A stretch of 64,000 bases of DNA from Octopus bimaculoides (taxonomy: Eukaryota). Positions 12,812-26,965 of the stretch are shown piece after piece. Every line of letters starts with the position of its first letter. Within the stretch, counting starts at the first letter, position 1. The notes under the pieces are model-generated. The model had not been told where the DNA came from. It did not search any database and saw nothing but the letters and a program-made list of their open reading frames with translations. Position numbers and translations under genes: made by a program. Where the stretch lies: the NCBI RefSeq assembly GCF_001194135.2, contig NC_068988.1:84254938-84318937 (forward strand). The letters are read 5' to 3'.

Positions 12812-15800
12812 GTAAATATATGTTTATTTCACTCTTTTTTTTTGTCTTTAAAGTTAAAATTGAATCTGTCTGCAAATCAGAGTGTCTGTAGGGCCAGTGA
12901 TAAGGATATATCTGTCAAATGTATTGCTTATCTATTCACGCTGTTTTGAATTAACCACACATTGTCTTGTAACTTTGAGATTTCGATTACATGATACTTT
13001 ATTTTTGGAATGACATTGTAAGGTATGTCTGACCAGTTTGAACATAAAAACAACTATATGTTGGCCAGATAAGGTCATTTCAAATGTTAAATGGTTAAAC
13101 AATGTCTTTCACTCACTTCCTCATGGTACCATTTTTAAAAATTATTCTAAAGAAGGTGAAAAAGGAAAAACACTACAAACCATTTTCTTATTAACTAAAT
13201 ATACTGATATTTTGATGACTTATATCAGGTGTTAAGACATCACATCACATATAAGTCAATCTAATATATACATATAAATCATACCCAGTCATGCTGTGAA
13301 AATTACTAGGTGGTAGAGCCCAAGTTAAGTGTACCATTGATACTCATCAAGCCCAGTGTGTCACAGTTAAACCACTGTAATGGAGATATGCGCACTTCAT
13401 AAATATCGTGTTAGGTTCAAAATATTACACAGCATTTAGTAAGCTATATTGTGTATATATAATGTTGATATACATTATATAAAGACCCCCTTCAGTCATG
13501 AATGACCATGGGATTCTACCTAGAAAGTTCCCTTTCCGAGGCACAAGTCCAGGCAAGGTTGTTTATGGATGACCAGCAGTCACCCATTCATATCAGCCTC
13601 CCCTCTCCATGCCATCGATCTTATCCAAGAGAAAGGCAAATACAGCTTGGCATCAGTAATGTCACAACTCCTTTCTACATCAGAGTGAACTGGCGCAATG
13701 TGAAATAAAATGTCTTGCTCAAGAACACAACACACAGCCCAGTCCAGGGTTTGAACTCACTACATTATATATATATATATATATATATATTTAAAGTCAC
13801 CACAGTGAAATTATATATGTATGTATTATGTATATATACTGCATTATGTTATATATAAACAATATATATATCTACTACATATGTGGGAAATCCTGTCTGT
13901 GGGTGTGTTTGAGGAGTTGTTAGTGAACTCCTTCTACATCATTTTATCGATTTTGGTGAAACTTGGTATGTGAGTAGAACTCGTGTCTGGAAACCACATG
14001 GCATACTCAGATTGTTAAAAAAAAAATCGATAATAGGGCCCCTGGAAGGGATCCTTATATACATCTATTTCATTTTAACAGCCAAGGGAAACAACCCATT
14101 CATTTTCCTAAATCATTTAGTATAAATCAAATTGAGTATGCTTATTTCTTAGTATTTGAACTGTAAGTTATGTTCGCAATTTATCCAGTACAACCCTTAA
14201 ACAAGTAAATAGTATTTTTCTAAACAATAGATCCACTTATTTCGGTTAGTGGATCTATTCACGAATATACCAACACTAACGCTGCTGAGAGTAATATTCT
14301 CTGGGAGTGCACAAAAGCCCTTTTCAGAGTTATTTACTTTGACTTGTTATTATCTCATATCTGATTAGCCTGTTGTTACGTAACATGCTTCACGATTTTA
14401 GTATACATACCTTATTAGTATTTCCTCCTATGTTCTATATACTCTGGGAATGCATTAAAGCCCTTTTCAGGGCTACTTTATTTGAATTCTTACTATCGGG
14501 TAAATATTTCATGTTATTACATAACTGACTTCACAATTTGGGTATTTATAACTTATTGGGAATTCCTAAAAACAAGATCCTTGACTTTTTTGAGTTGAAA
14601 CCTCTGTTGAGTCTCCATAAACTTTCAACAGGCCTGTTTATATTTAAGGGAACATGGATATTTTGGATACCCTCCATGTGGTTATTTGACCTTTTAGTCA
14701 TAACAGCCAAATATCTTTTAAATCACTATCATCTTTAAAAATCAAAGAACCCTTTCATTGACCAATATAGTCATAGAATGCCTGAAATGGTGGTATGGGT
14801 GTGGTTAGAATGTCTGGATGTCTTTGTTTATTAGTCATTCTGTTCTCAACCAGGCTTGGTTAAGAGCTAAATAGACAACTGTTACATATAGAATATGATA
14901 ATGTTTGAACAAAAGGCAACCAAGGTTAATTTATGTCTTTGATGACATAACATATGATGTAAGTTGTTGTGTTTGTGTCTGTATATCAACTTAAGTCTTG
15001 CTTGTGCGTGTGTATTCAATGTCAATAACTTACTACTGATTTGACTATGAACCACTCAATTATGAAGAGGGAATGGGACGTTTTTTCTTTCTTTGTGTGT
15101 GTGTACATATCAGTGAAGCAGTTATATATATATGCCTTGTCTCGGGGATTGGTTAGGACACAATAAGCTGTTGTGCAGTAATGATAGCATTTGAAATTTA
15201 AAATCATGTGGGCAGATATTCAGAACTTTAATCTCACTGTAATTGTGTCTTGAAAAAAATATTAAATACATCCTAATTATTTATTTATTCATTTCAATGT
15301 TACATGAAGGTTTCTGTGGTAACATAGGTGGGATGTTCTCTTTTCGTTTGTTTGGATTAATTTGTTGTTTTCACAGTTGAGTGCTCTTTCCTATTGCGAG
15401 CCACTCAACTGTGAAATAGGTGTGGAACTGGCTTTATGAATGAAACAAACTAAGCTAGAGTTACTGTTGCAGTGAGAGTACCTTAGATGTCATGTCCACC
15501 TTAATTTGTGGTTTGTTGTTGTTATTAGAGTTATGAGGTGTTTTATCAGGCCCCAGGTGTTTAACTTCACCATTGTCATTTCGTTGTTTTTATGCAGAAC
15601 ACTATATTCTACATTACCTCAGTAATGTTGGTAGGATTAGGTCACACCACATTATCTGAAAAAAAAAAAAATATATAGTGATAGACTCGTGTCTTGTATA
15701 AGAGGGGGAGGAGGAAGTTTATCTCTTATTCTAGTGTTTTTTAACTACATCACCTCGGGTTCACTTATCTGTTGGTAAGAATAGGTGCTAGATAATCTGA

Positions 15801-16098
15801 GGAATGTTACCTGTCTACATTGGGGTCCTATCCAGAGAAAATATTTTCATTTTGCTTCTTGCAACAATATTTATTCCAACTCTATTGATTCTGAATTCAA
15901 ATGACATCAACGTCTACTTTGACTTTCATCATTTGGAGTCAATAAGAAAAAAAGTACCAATCCAGGGCAATGAATAAGTGGAACTATAAGAAAATTTGAC
16001 CAGATGCCTTGTGGTATTTGATAAGGTCCTTTGCGTTCTGATTTCAAATCCCATTATGGCTTATTTGAGCAGTAGGCTTAATCTGTTGCCTGGTTTAG

Positions 16099-16811
16099 TT
16101 AATCCTTTAGCATTCAGATTACTGAGTCAAATGGGATGTTTATTTATTCACATTGTTTTGAATTAACCATGTATTGTCTCATAGCTTCAAGACTTCAGTG
16201 ATATGATTGTTTATTTTTAGAATGACATTGTAGGGTAGGTGTGAGAGGCTGAATCTGGCTGGTTTGAACATAAAACAGGTAGAATATAAGGGATGGATAT
16301 GACTGCTTTGAATGTTAAAGGGTTAATACCACCACCTGGTACCCTGAGTGCCATTAGAAGACCCTACTCTGTTGCAAGTATTTGAGTTTGGGTCTCTGGT
16401 TTAAGGACCCTCCTTCCCAGTGTTGGATGGCCTATAAAAGGTCGTGGGCAATGCCCCACTTTCTAACTAAAACATTGAAGTTGGCGCTGAGGAGCATTGA
16501 CCTTTCAAAATGGATCTTTCTACTCAGAGCATATCATTCCACTGAAAGCTGGACAACTTACATAAGTGATATTATTTGAGACTTTAACCCTTTAACATTC
16601 AGATTGCTGTCAAATGTAATGTTCATTTATTCACATTGTTTTGAATTAATCATGCTTTATCCTTGTAACTTGGAGATTTCGATGATGTGATTGTTTACTT
16701 TTAGAATGACATTCTAGGGTAGGTATGAGAGGCTGGATCTGGTTAGTTTGAACATAAAGCAGGTAGAATATTTGGTGCCTGATATGGCTGGCTTAAATAC
16801 TTAAAGGTTAA
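16099..16811 (+). mobile_element. Two piggyBac-type MITE copies (~225 bp; 16099-16326 and 16584-16811)
   Basis: TTAA|CCCTTTAGCATT...AATGCTAAAGGG|TTAA-type ends. The same family occurs at 18092-18321, 51649-51874, 12901-13098 (partial) and in the opposite orientation at 11214-11630. Confidence 0.8.
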
Positions 16812-19800
16812 GGTTGTTAAATTTCACTGTCCCTCTGGCTCTTGCTTATACCTATTAATATTTATGTGAGATCAAATATCTTGGTTGGGAAATCAGTTCA
16901 GATATTGGAAAACTAACTGCAAGTTGTTTACTATATCCTGTTGCCAACTTTATTTTGTGTCTGTGAAGAGGTGAGTTCTGGCAGTATGACTCACTGCTGC
17001 AAGCTGTTCTAGCAATGCATTGCTGTTCCTTGGCTTGAAGTGTCCAGTTAAATTCTTTTCATAGGAACACTTCTTTGTAATAATCCAATGTTAAGTGCTT
17101 TGTTATTATGATATGAGTACTGGCCCTCTGTAGATTTATGGTTGGGAAATGTCTGAATTTAATTGATGTTATAAATGTGAGTAATTAAGAAATTTGAATA
17201 AAGACATGAGTGGCACATTACTGATTAATTGGGTGGAGGATAATTTGAAGGAGACTGGGTTTGCTATTTTTAGCTCCATTATCATCGATCCAATAGGTAT
17301 GTTGTTGTTTAACCCTTGGTTGACCTGCATCAAACAGTGTTCCAACCTTGGTCACCCCATCTTTTTGTGTATATGTTAGAGACTACATCGTGCAGTGTAT
17401 TCTTATTAAGATGATGTATGATTTGAGGGAAATTTGGCTGCTACTTTTAGCAAGTTGAACAGCTGCATAAAGACTTCACTGTCGACTCATTATTTTGTGT
17501 CTTGTTTGGTGGTGGTTGATGGCTGCAGCCACATGAAACTCCAAATTAGATTAAAGAGTCAGGAATATTAAGTTTGTAACATCTATTATATCAATGAGAT
17601 GCATAGAAAAAAAAATGTTTCTGAAGTTCAGTCCTAGCCTGAACACGCTTGTACATATATTCTAGTCATCCATTTATGAGGTCTTATATACACACATGCA
17701 AGCATGCATAGACATGCATTCCTATACTCTTAGAAGAAGAGGGGTGAAAGTATAATATGAACTCTACTAAAGTGTTTGTCTAATCCTTCAGTTTAATATT
17801 AAACTGTTTTATTGTAACTTGACATAAACACACACATAAAGAATAAAAGCAATGATCTTTTTTTTTTATTCTTCTAACACGTGGATATATATATGTATGT
17901 ATACAAATGAAAGAGAGGAGTTAAGAAGCTTGTTTCCTATGTGGTCTTAGTTTCAGCCACACTGTATAATGTCTTGGACAAGTCTTCTACTATAGCTCTA
18001 GGCTAACCAAAGCCTTGAGAGTGTGTTTGGTAAGCAGAAACTGAAAGAAGCTTTGTGTGTGTGTGTGTGTGTGTTTGTGTGTGATCAGTGTTTAACCCTT
18101 TTGCATTCTGATTTTTCTATCAAATATAATACTTATTTATTCACTTTGTTTTGAATAAATTAAACATTATCTTGTAGCTTTGAGGTTTTGATGATGTGAA
18201 CATTTATTTTTTTAGAGTGACATAGTAGAGTAGGTGTGAGCGGCCAGATCTGGCTAGTTTGAACATAAAACAAGTAGAATAGTTTGGCCGGATATGGCCA
18301 GTTTGAATGCTAAAGGGTTAATGTTCATTTTGCATGCTGGCATGGCTTGGGTGGTTTGACCAGAGGTGTCAAGCTGGAGAGTTACATAAAGTTCCAGTCT
18401 GATTTGGCCTGGTTTCTATGGGTGGATGCCCTTCCTAATATCAACCACTTTACAGAGTGTGCCTTTATTGTGACACCAGCGCAAGCACTTTTAGATGGCA
18501 TCAGTAAGGACTCTTGTAGGCCACTCCTTGTGTGTGTGTGTGTGTGTGTGAGTACTTGTGTGTCTTCTTTCTGACATCACATGATGGTTATAAATGAGCA
18601 ACTCCATCATGTGTTGTTCATTTTCAGCCTTCTGTGAAAAACATATCTGACCATGGGAAATATTACCATGCTTGTAAACAAGTGAAAGTTGGTCACAGGA
18701 AGGACATCCAGCTATAGAAAATTTACCTCAACAAATTCTGTTTGATCCATGCAAGTATGCAAAAATAGACATTAAATGATGATGATGTATGTGTAAAGTA
18801 ATTATAGCACCTGATAACAAATAGAGGCCAAACTGCTTGTAACATTTTACTAAAAACAAAAATAATGAGTAAATTAGTCTGAAATAAATATTTCCTTCAC
18901 CAGTCACTAATTATACGTTGGTCTCACTTTGTTCATTACAGTAATGAGATGAGGTCATGGATTCCACCAGTCAGAAACTGAAATTTTTTTTTATCTTAAT
19001 TATCACAAATTGCTCTTTGAAGCAGATTGTTTTATATAAATTAATGGTGTGCCCTACTTTGTCACTGCTCTATACACATTCAGTGTATACATAGATTAGC
19101 TGTGTGTCCTACTGTATTTATTAGTCTACACTACAACTCTCCTTAGTCTTATGCATCTGTTGTCAGATTATAAGGATTGTTGCTGAACTTTGCATGATTA
19201 GAAGTATCCATCAATGGATGATGGGGGACACTTGGTCAAAAAAAAAAGTTTTACACTTATGCTTTCTCATGCTAGCATGATTGGGGATGATTTGTACAAT
19301 TGTAGTAATTGTTTTTATCTTCTAGGTAACTGTGCTTCCCTCTGTAAACAGGCATGGTTGTGTGGGTAAGAGGTTCACTCCACAACCAAGTAGTTTCAGG
19401 TTCGGTAAGAGGTTCACTCCACAATCTAGTAGTTTCAGGTTCAGTCCCACTATGGAGCTCCTTGGGCTAGTGTCTTCCACTATAGTGATAGGTTGACCAA
19501 AACCTTGTGAGTTGGTTTGTGTGTGTGTGGGGGGGGTGCTTAACAGTATGTATGTCCATGACAGCTGGTATCACACTTGTACTAATTATTTTAGGTGCCT
19601 GACTGGTCAGAAGCAGACACATATTTTCTCAGCCTTCCCATTCTTGACCTATCAAAGCAGATATGACAGCTGCAGTCTGCTACTATTCATTTTCAGCAGA
19701 GTACACTGGTGCAATGTGAAATTATGTAGCTTGTTCAAGGACACAACATGCCACCCAGTCTAGGAACCAAACTCACGATTTTTATGATTGCAAGTTCAGG

Positions 19801-22032
19801 CATCCTAATCACTATGCCACATGCTTTCACTATTAATATATGTATGTATGTGTGTGTGTGTGTGTGTGTGAGAAAGTGCATTTGTTTTGTGTCTCTTTGT
19901 TTTGCATAACGTGTTAATTGTGAATAAATGTCATTGTCATTCATGTGTTGTTGTCCAGTTGTAATCTCCCACAAAAAATCTGTTCTATCATTGTGCTGGT
20001 TGTGTCTTAAGGATGTAGGGAAATATTACTCAGATTGAAAACAGGTGAAGTCTGGTGAAAAGAAGAGTATTTGTTAATAGTAAATCTGCCTGAATGAATT
20101 TTGTCTGACTCATGCAGGCATGGAAAAGTGGGCTTTAAAACAGTGACATTGTGGTGGATAGCTTGTATGGTTGTAGTTGTTTTTTGTTTTTTTTTTATGA
20201 TTGCATGCTGTTTCCTTGACTGTGGTTAAGAGGTTTGCTCTGTAAACATATTATTTCAGGTTTCAAATCAGTGCATAGCTCCTTAGTCAAGTATCTTTTA
20301 CCATAGTCTCTAGTCTACCAAAGCCCCATGAGTGAAAACAATACAGAAATCCATCAGAGAAACTGTTCCTGTTCTGAAGTGGTAGACTTAATAACATTCA
20401 GGTTAGGTCTCAAGTTTGCAGATGACTTCCTCCTTTCACCTACCAATCTCAGAGATTTTGATGAGGATCAGGGAAATTACATTTCCTCTTCTGGTTAAGT
20501 AATATATGAAAAAAAACCCCCAAAAAACACTCTTTTAGTCAGGTCTTGTTCAAAAGTATGATACAGCACAATGAGCACAATGGCTGAGGGTATTTTCACG
20601 AGAGATTGCAAATGAACAACAGCACTTAAATGACAGATATTTGTTCATAATTAGCAAACTGTGAAACAAAGAGATACAAATGCACTCTCTCTCTCATACA
20701 CACTCACACATACTCTGAAGGGATATGGCTCAGTGGTTAGTATATTTGAGCTTGCAATCATAAAATTGTGATGGAGGTGGTGGTGGTGTCTGAACTTTAA
20801 TCATTACGTAGTCAGTTGGTTGTGACTTTTGGTACCTTTCATTTGCTCCCTTTCCATTGTATTTTTTAAATATTTTAAATATGACAAATCTTAATACATG
20901 GACTGTGACAAAAATGAATCCAAGGGCTCGGTCTTTGGGAATGTAATAATGCTTGTTATGATAAGGAAGAGTGACTTATGGTTTAACATTCATATTCTCT
21001 TTTATGATTAATGGTTTTTTAACATTCTATATAATATTTAAATTCAAAATCAGTTTATCTGTATACCTGTTTCAGTTTTTGCAAAATCAATTTATTGTGA
21101 TGCAAAAATGTTTCAACTGCGTTTCTAGGTCCTGGAGTCCTTAAAATGAGATAAAATATTGTTCCTTATTTTATTGTTATAAAAATTTTCCACCCATTCA
21201 AAGAAAAGACAAAAATTTACTAGCCCTTTTTTGTGCAAACATACTGATATACCACACTATATATTTTTGTTTAAAGTAATAAACCTCGATGAAATATGTA
21301 AACCTATTTATTTTTCTTTGTGGGTGAGAAAATATTGGATTTGTCCTGACAGGTTACATCTCTTTTGGAGATTAATTGAAGACCATGTACCCTCATTTTC
21401 TCTCTAGAGAGTGATGAACAGCTTTTAGCTTGTAGGTGTTTGATGAAACCAGTCAGAACAATTCCAATATTTTTGTTGCCATAGACAGTCAAACATTTGT
21501 TTACATTTCATGACAAGGTTTATAATTTAAAATTCTGGGTATATCTACAATAAATTTTAAATTACCCAAAGTACACAATATGTGTATTTAATTAACCATG
21601 TTATTAATGATGCATAATCATAGAAATTATATTGGCCGTTCAGCTAGATTCTGGCTTAATTAGTTATTATCAACATGCCCCTCCTAAAATTTCCTTACAC
21701 CTGTTGCTAATATAGAAATTTACTGCTGCTTATTTCTTTCCACTTGAATTTTTTCAAATTTAAAGTTTGATTACAACTTTATTGTTGTCTTACTTTGGTG
21801 TTTCTTTAAATATTTTTTTGTTCTTCCTGCAATATAGGGTTAATTACAATTAACCCACGAGTGCTTAATTGTATATTTTATCATGAAGCCTATAATTAGT
21901 ATGCACTAAATTTTCCATTAATTATATTATTCATAGAAATCTACTCTCCTCTCGGTATTTTTTCTTAATTCATTAACATGTGTACTATATAGCACTTATT
22001 AGTCATTAATAATAATAATGATAATAATAATA

Positions 22033-22322
22033 GATCAGATACCAGGAAACCCCAAAATGGCTGAACTTCAAAAGATAGTGCTCATGGGAACTGCCCATAT
22101 CCTATGTAAAATACTGTCTATGTGATCTCAAATTTTAAAACAAACACATAATTTTCTTATGGTTTCTTAAACATTCTCTAGAACAACACTATGTACAAAT
22201 CCAAATATATGGTACCCTAGGCATAACACCTACATGAACTTCTAACTTGTTGTCTCTTGAGGTCTCTGGGTGAGACTTGGATCCAACTTGTACAAATGCA
22301 AAGCAAAAGTCAAATATAAAAT
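22033..22322 (+). mobile_element. 5'-truncated R4/Dong-like non-LTR retrotransposon 3' end
   Basis: 22036-22125 encodes QIPGNPKMAELQKIVLMGTAHILCKILSM*, typical of the C-terminus after the restriction-like endonuclease of R4/Dong elements. Flanked on both sides by (TAA)n-like repeats. Confidence 0.7.
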
Positions 22323-22374
22323 GATAATAATAATTATGATAAACTTGTTTCAACAAAATGACATCTTTCTAATG

Positions 22375-25300
22375 TAGTGGTTCTCAAACTTTTCAAAAAA
22401 TTTTATATGCTAGTCCCCTTACTGTTTTTTTGTTGATTTGTGGTCCCTTATTAAATGCAGGATAATTAACATGGAAAAAATGACATACATTTGTGTACCA
22501 TAATTTCCAGACTATGAACTGCACTGCCCATAGACCTACAATCTATTCCACACAATACCCCATTGAGATACACATGAAAATATGGGGAATCAGTTGATCA
22601 ATTTGTTACAAAACAAATGAGAAATGAAAACAGTTCAAAAATATTCCCCGCATCCAATATTAACAACTGCATAAGACCCATTTATGCCCATTTGGTAGAA
22701 AGAAACCACAGGTCATACATTGAAAACTACGGTATATATATGTACATAACTGTGGTTCTTGAACTTTTAGCATCACCTTCCCCTTTCACCGTGTTTGAGA
22801 TGTTATTCCTCCCCATTGTCAGGTCATTCCTCATATTGATTATCCAAGAGGTGTATTTCAACCAATTTAGCTATTTTCAACAGAAGAATTTTAATAACAT
22901 CCCAAAATGTACAGAAGTTTCGACCAATTGGACCACTAGTATGCACAGAAAACCACAATTTTATTAGAACCATTTTCTTCTCCTCCCCTGAAGGTTTGCC
23001 ATCCTTTTTCCTGAATCCCTAATACATAACATAACAAAAATTATATAAGAATTTATTTATTCACAAAAGCAGATCAACTGTTGTTTTATTTTCAGTAAGG
23101 TAACCAGCTCTTCTATGTTTGGTTCTGTTTTAAAGAGGGCAACCCTCATTTCTGGTGTGACATCCAGTCAATTTCGTGACTTCATTTTGATAGCAAAGAG
23201 AGTGGAAAATGCAGTCTCACACTCGTATGTGGTTGGAAATGGCATCAGTACTTTAAGTGACATCTTTGTGGCAACAAGATATGACCATGCCATTTCAATC
23301 CAAAATTTGGAACAGCACATTTCATGGATAAGACATTTTGCACCTCGATCATTGATTAAATCAATGAACTGCTCTTGAATTGTCTTCTGTTGGCAGATCA
23401 TTAACAGAGAGTACAAACAGGTTCCTGATGAAGTGGAAGTAATTGCCAAAGTCATGAAAATCAGGAAAATAAAGAGAATATTTCTCTGCCAAGTATTGAC
23501 ACGTTTCATGTGTTCAATGATATTGTCATTGACTTGAAGATCATTTTCATCAATAAACATGTTTAAGTTGAGGAAAAGATGCAAAGTTCTTTCTATCCAA
23601 CTAGGGGTGCCAAAGTTCAAGCTTCATTTTGAAAACAGTTTTTCATGAGAATGAAGCATGATTATATCTTTCCCTTGCAGTGAAAGATTGATGGCATTTA
23701 CTGACTCGAATATGACCACCAAAAGTGCCAAGCACTTCAGAAAATGAACATCAGAGAATCTGGTGTGCAAATCTGACTTGGCATCTTGCAAAATATAGTG
23801 GACTTATTTTCGCTGAAGGAGGACCCTCTTCATTATTTTTCCTCTCAAGTGCTATAGAAACGTTTCGAATTCAAAATCACTTTCTTCGCACAACTCAGCA
23901 AACAGACACGAGTAGAGAATGTTCGCTTTGATGAAGTTCACCACTGTACACATATAATACAGAACGTTTTTTAACTTACCAGACATGGGTTTCACCATTA
24001 GTGTTTGTCGATAAATTATGCAGTGTGTACCAATTGCACTTGGGGATTTTTCTTTCACCAAAGCCTGAAAACCAGAATGACAACCAAGCATTGCCGGAGC
24101 ACTATCAGTGCACACACCAATGACATGCTCTCTGTTGATATCATGTGCCTCAAAAAATTTGTCCTCTTTGTTAAATATTTCCCTTGCAGTTGTTTTGGTG
24201 CTAAGGGGTCCGCAAAACAGGAATTCGTCTTCCAGGTGATGGTTAACGTACATAGATGCAAAGTTGGGTTAAGTTGGAAACATCTGTTGTTTCCTCAAGC
24301 TGGATCATGAAAAAGTTAAGAAGCGAATTGTGAATCTTAGAGATCAACTGCGACAGTGTTATCAGATGGTTTAGTTATTCGTCTGCTAACAGTATCGTTT
24401 GGGAGGGAGACCTGCTTCAGCTTTTGAAATTCTGAACTTCCTAGCACATTAGATATATCTTCGTAGCAAGACAATATCAACTCCTCACCAGTATTGTGGG
24501 GCTCTTTGGCAACATCTATTTTCCTTGAAATCTCGTAGGATGCTTTCAAACCAGCTGTAATGTCCAGCAACAAACATTCCTGTGTCATCAAGTCTGGACT
24601 TTGTCAATCTGTCAGCTTCACGTCTGAAGAAGTTGACATTTCTGTTTATTGAATTGGGCTGCTTCGTTTTGAAATACCTCTTTAAATAGCTAGGCTTTAG
24701 TGAAATAGACGCCAAAACTTTGGAGCACAAAATACACTGTGCTTTCCTTCTCCATCATACTTTATTACAGTAAAACTGAATTTCAAATAAGATTCATCAT
24801 ATTTTATTTTATTTTTTGGAGGCATTATAAAAAAAAAGATAAATTTCAGTAAACCAATTTAATATAACTACATTTTATATTTATTGTGCATTTGTCACAT
24901 ACCACGGGGTGCACTAATTAGCAATAAAGCTTGCCTCTCACTATTAATTGTAGAAGAAATCCAAAGTGCATATGAGCATTGTTTTGTCTGTAGATAGACC
25001 TCTGTGAATTGATAACCATCAAGAAGACAGTTCTGTCAGAATACGTTGCCATGGAAAACAACCATGCCTTCCTTATAAAGCCCTGCCATCATGTGGGATG
25101 AGAAAGGGTGTTTGGCAAAGGGCAAAGTCATGCAGGAACATGCACCGATAAGTGGAGTGGTGAATCATGTGAGCATAGAATACCGACAGCACATGCATGA
25201 TCAACTGTTATACCTGCATATTTTCCATCGGCCAGTCACACTTGTACAACAAATGGGATTAGCAAATGAGTGTGTACGAGTGGCGTGCGTTTTTGAAGTC

Positions 25301-25450
25301 AACAGCAAAAAAGGATGATAATATGCAAAAAATTGAAATTCCTGAAATTTTAAAACTTAGCTGTCTCAGGCCACCTGTTTTCATGACAATTCAGTGTCCC
25401 TTCCTGGTCCCCCTAAAATCACTTTGTGGACCCCAATTTGAGAACCGCTG
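22375..25450 (-). mobile_element. Buster-family hAT DNA transposon (ZBED5/FAM200-like transposase, frameshifted)
   Basis: TIRs TAGTGGTTCTCAAA and CAGCGGTTCTCAAA (12/14 match). Perfect 8-bp TSD TTCTAATG at 22367-74 and 25451-58, fitting nnnTAnnn. Minus-strand ORF pieces show a BED-finger remnant (CILCSKVL..LKRYFKTKQP), GVCTDSAPAM, THCIIYRQ and TTYECETAFSTL. Confidence 0.92.
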
Positions 25451-26789
25451 TTCTAATGCTTTCTCCACCTTTCTTTGAAGAATGTCAGTGGTTGAGTAAA
25501 TAAGGGACTAGAGAAATAATTGGGGCTGATTTATTTTGATCTTGTCTCCAGTGTCTGTGGCCAAGATGCAGTTTCAGTCCATTGAGCAGAAATCAGGTAT
25601 CACACATTGGAACCACTCATCACTTTAAGTAGTGGCAAAGCACTGTAAAATTTGATAAGTGGTTATTTAGCAGATGAGTTTAACTCAGTCTGTGAGTACA
25701 GCTTGTGAAATGGCAGCTATCTCTGTCTTGACTGATTTACTTCTGAGACATACTACATGAATAGGAAGCGATCATAGATGCTTCAGTAAACTAACAGATT
25801 AATGAATTTGCCCACTGTCATCACTTATTTTTGTTGTTCTGTCAGCATTACAACCTACTGTAGGAGCCTCTGTATGCTAGAAATAACAGTCCAATCTCCT
25901 CCATGTCACATCCCGCCATTTGAAAAATTGAGGACACTTTAAATAATGTATCAAAAATGCTTATTCCTGTAAGTAAGACAAAATGGTATATCTGGAAAGA
26001 GTTGATCTTAGGGTCTACTCAGAGTTCACCTAGGGCTAAACAATCACACCCATGGAAGTTAAATGGTGATGTTGGTGCTGTATTGAACTATAAACAGGGT
26101 TTCAAATCTCATTGCAGGTATTTTTGTTACCCATTTGTGGAAGTATACTTGATTCTACAAATCTCAGTTGGCCTATTTGTCTGAGAAATAAGTACAAAAT
26201 CATCTGGGAGTATTTCTTTGATGGTCTAGCATCCTGAGAAACAATTACCCCTTATCTGCTGAAAGACCATGAAACACTTTGACTTGTCCCTCATTCTTAT
26301 AGCTTAGGAAACATTACACTCTGTTACTTTAGATATATTAATTGTATAGAATGATATATGTTGTCTCACTTTAGTTTATTATAATTCTGTGTTGGATGTA
26401 TTGATGCATTCATAGAATAGTATGGTTTCTTGTCTGTTTAACACTAGCAATTATAAGAATAATCGTATTAAATATGTCAATATATTCATATGAAATTAAT
26501 GGAACTAAAACTTGGTGATGGTAACACAGTAGAATGCACAAGATGCTTGCTAACCTCAATTCTTCCTCTGAGTGGTGACCAGAGTCCACTTGGTATCATC
26601 TTGAACTCAGTAATGTTTGATCTCTCATTCACTCACTGCTGGATATACTTGATCACAGAAGGTCTAGAAATTTTCTTGATTACCTTTCAACAGACGAAGG
26701 GTGGGTGATCAAGCTGAAGAAAACCGGGCAGGATCTTACCTTTATAAATGCCTCATTCATTTATGTCTTTTTTTTTTTTTTTTCCCAAG

Positions 26790-26965
26790 GATATAATTCG
26801 GCTGGTTGTTGGTCGTCTAAATGTGAGTGAGTCAGTTTATTCCCGATGTTATGCTCTGAAGTTGGTACATACACAATCGCGAGAGAGTTTTTGGTTGCAT
26901 AATGACCTGACCATGTTCCAAGTTCAAGAGAAATATAATCTGAAACATCCTTACGAAGTGTGGAG
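26790..26965 (+). CDS. PTK2: FAK exon B (FERM F1)
   Basis: Poly-T CCCAAG acceptor, AG|GTAAGT donor, 176 nt, phase 0-2. DIIRLVVGRLNVSESVYSRCYALKLVHTQSRESFWLHNDLTMFQVQEKYNLKHPYEVW(R) aligns to human GIIQKIV...WLHVDMGVSSVREKYELAHPPEEWK. Confidence 0.95.

Noticed and set aside
12548-12949. 133-aa ORF as a stand-alone protein
   Set aside because: Its ends are intron sequence; only 12590-12811 is bounded by splice sites.
16330-16583. Perfect TATA box TATAAAAG at 16433-40 between two MITEs
   Set aside because: Expected by chance in AT-rich DNA; no initiator, exon or LTR boundaries identified.
16850-17370. Possible CR1/L2 LINE relics (also 30400-30990, 32560-32930, 58050-59700)
   Set aside because: Faint motif resemblance only; too decayed to assign a family or boundaries without an HMM search.
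21280-21500. Possible Tc1 transposase C-terminal relic (minus strand)
   Set aside because: Similarity too weak and no TIRs found.
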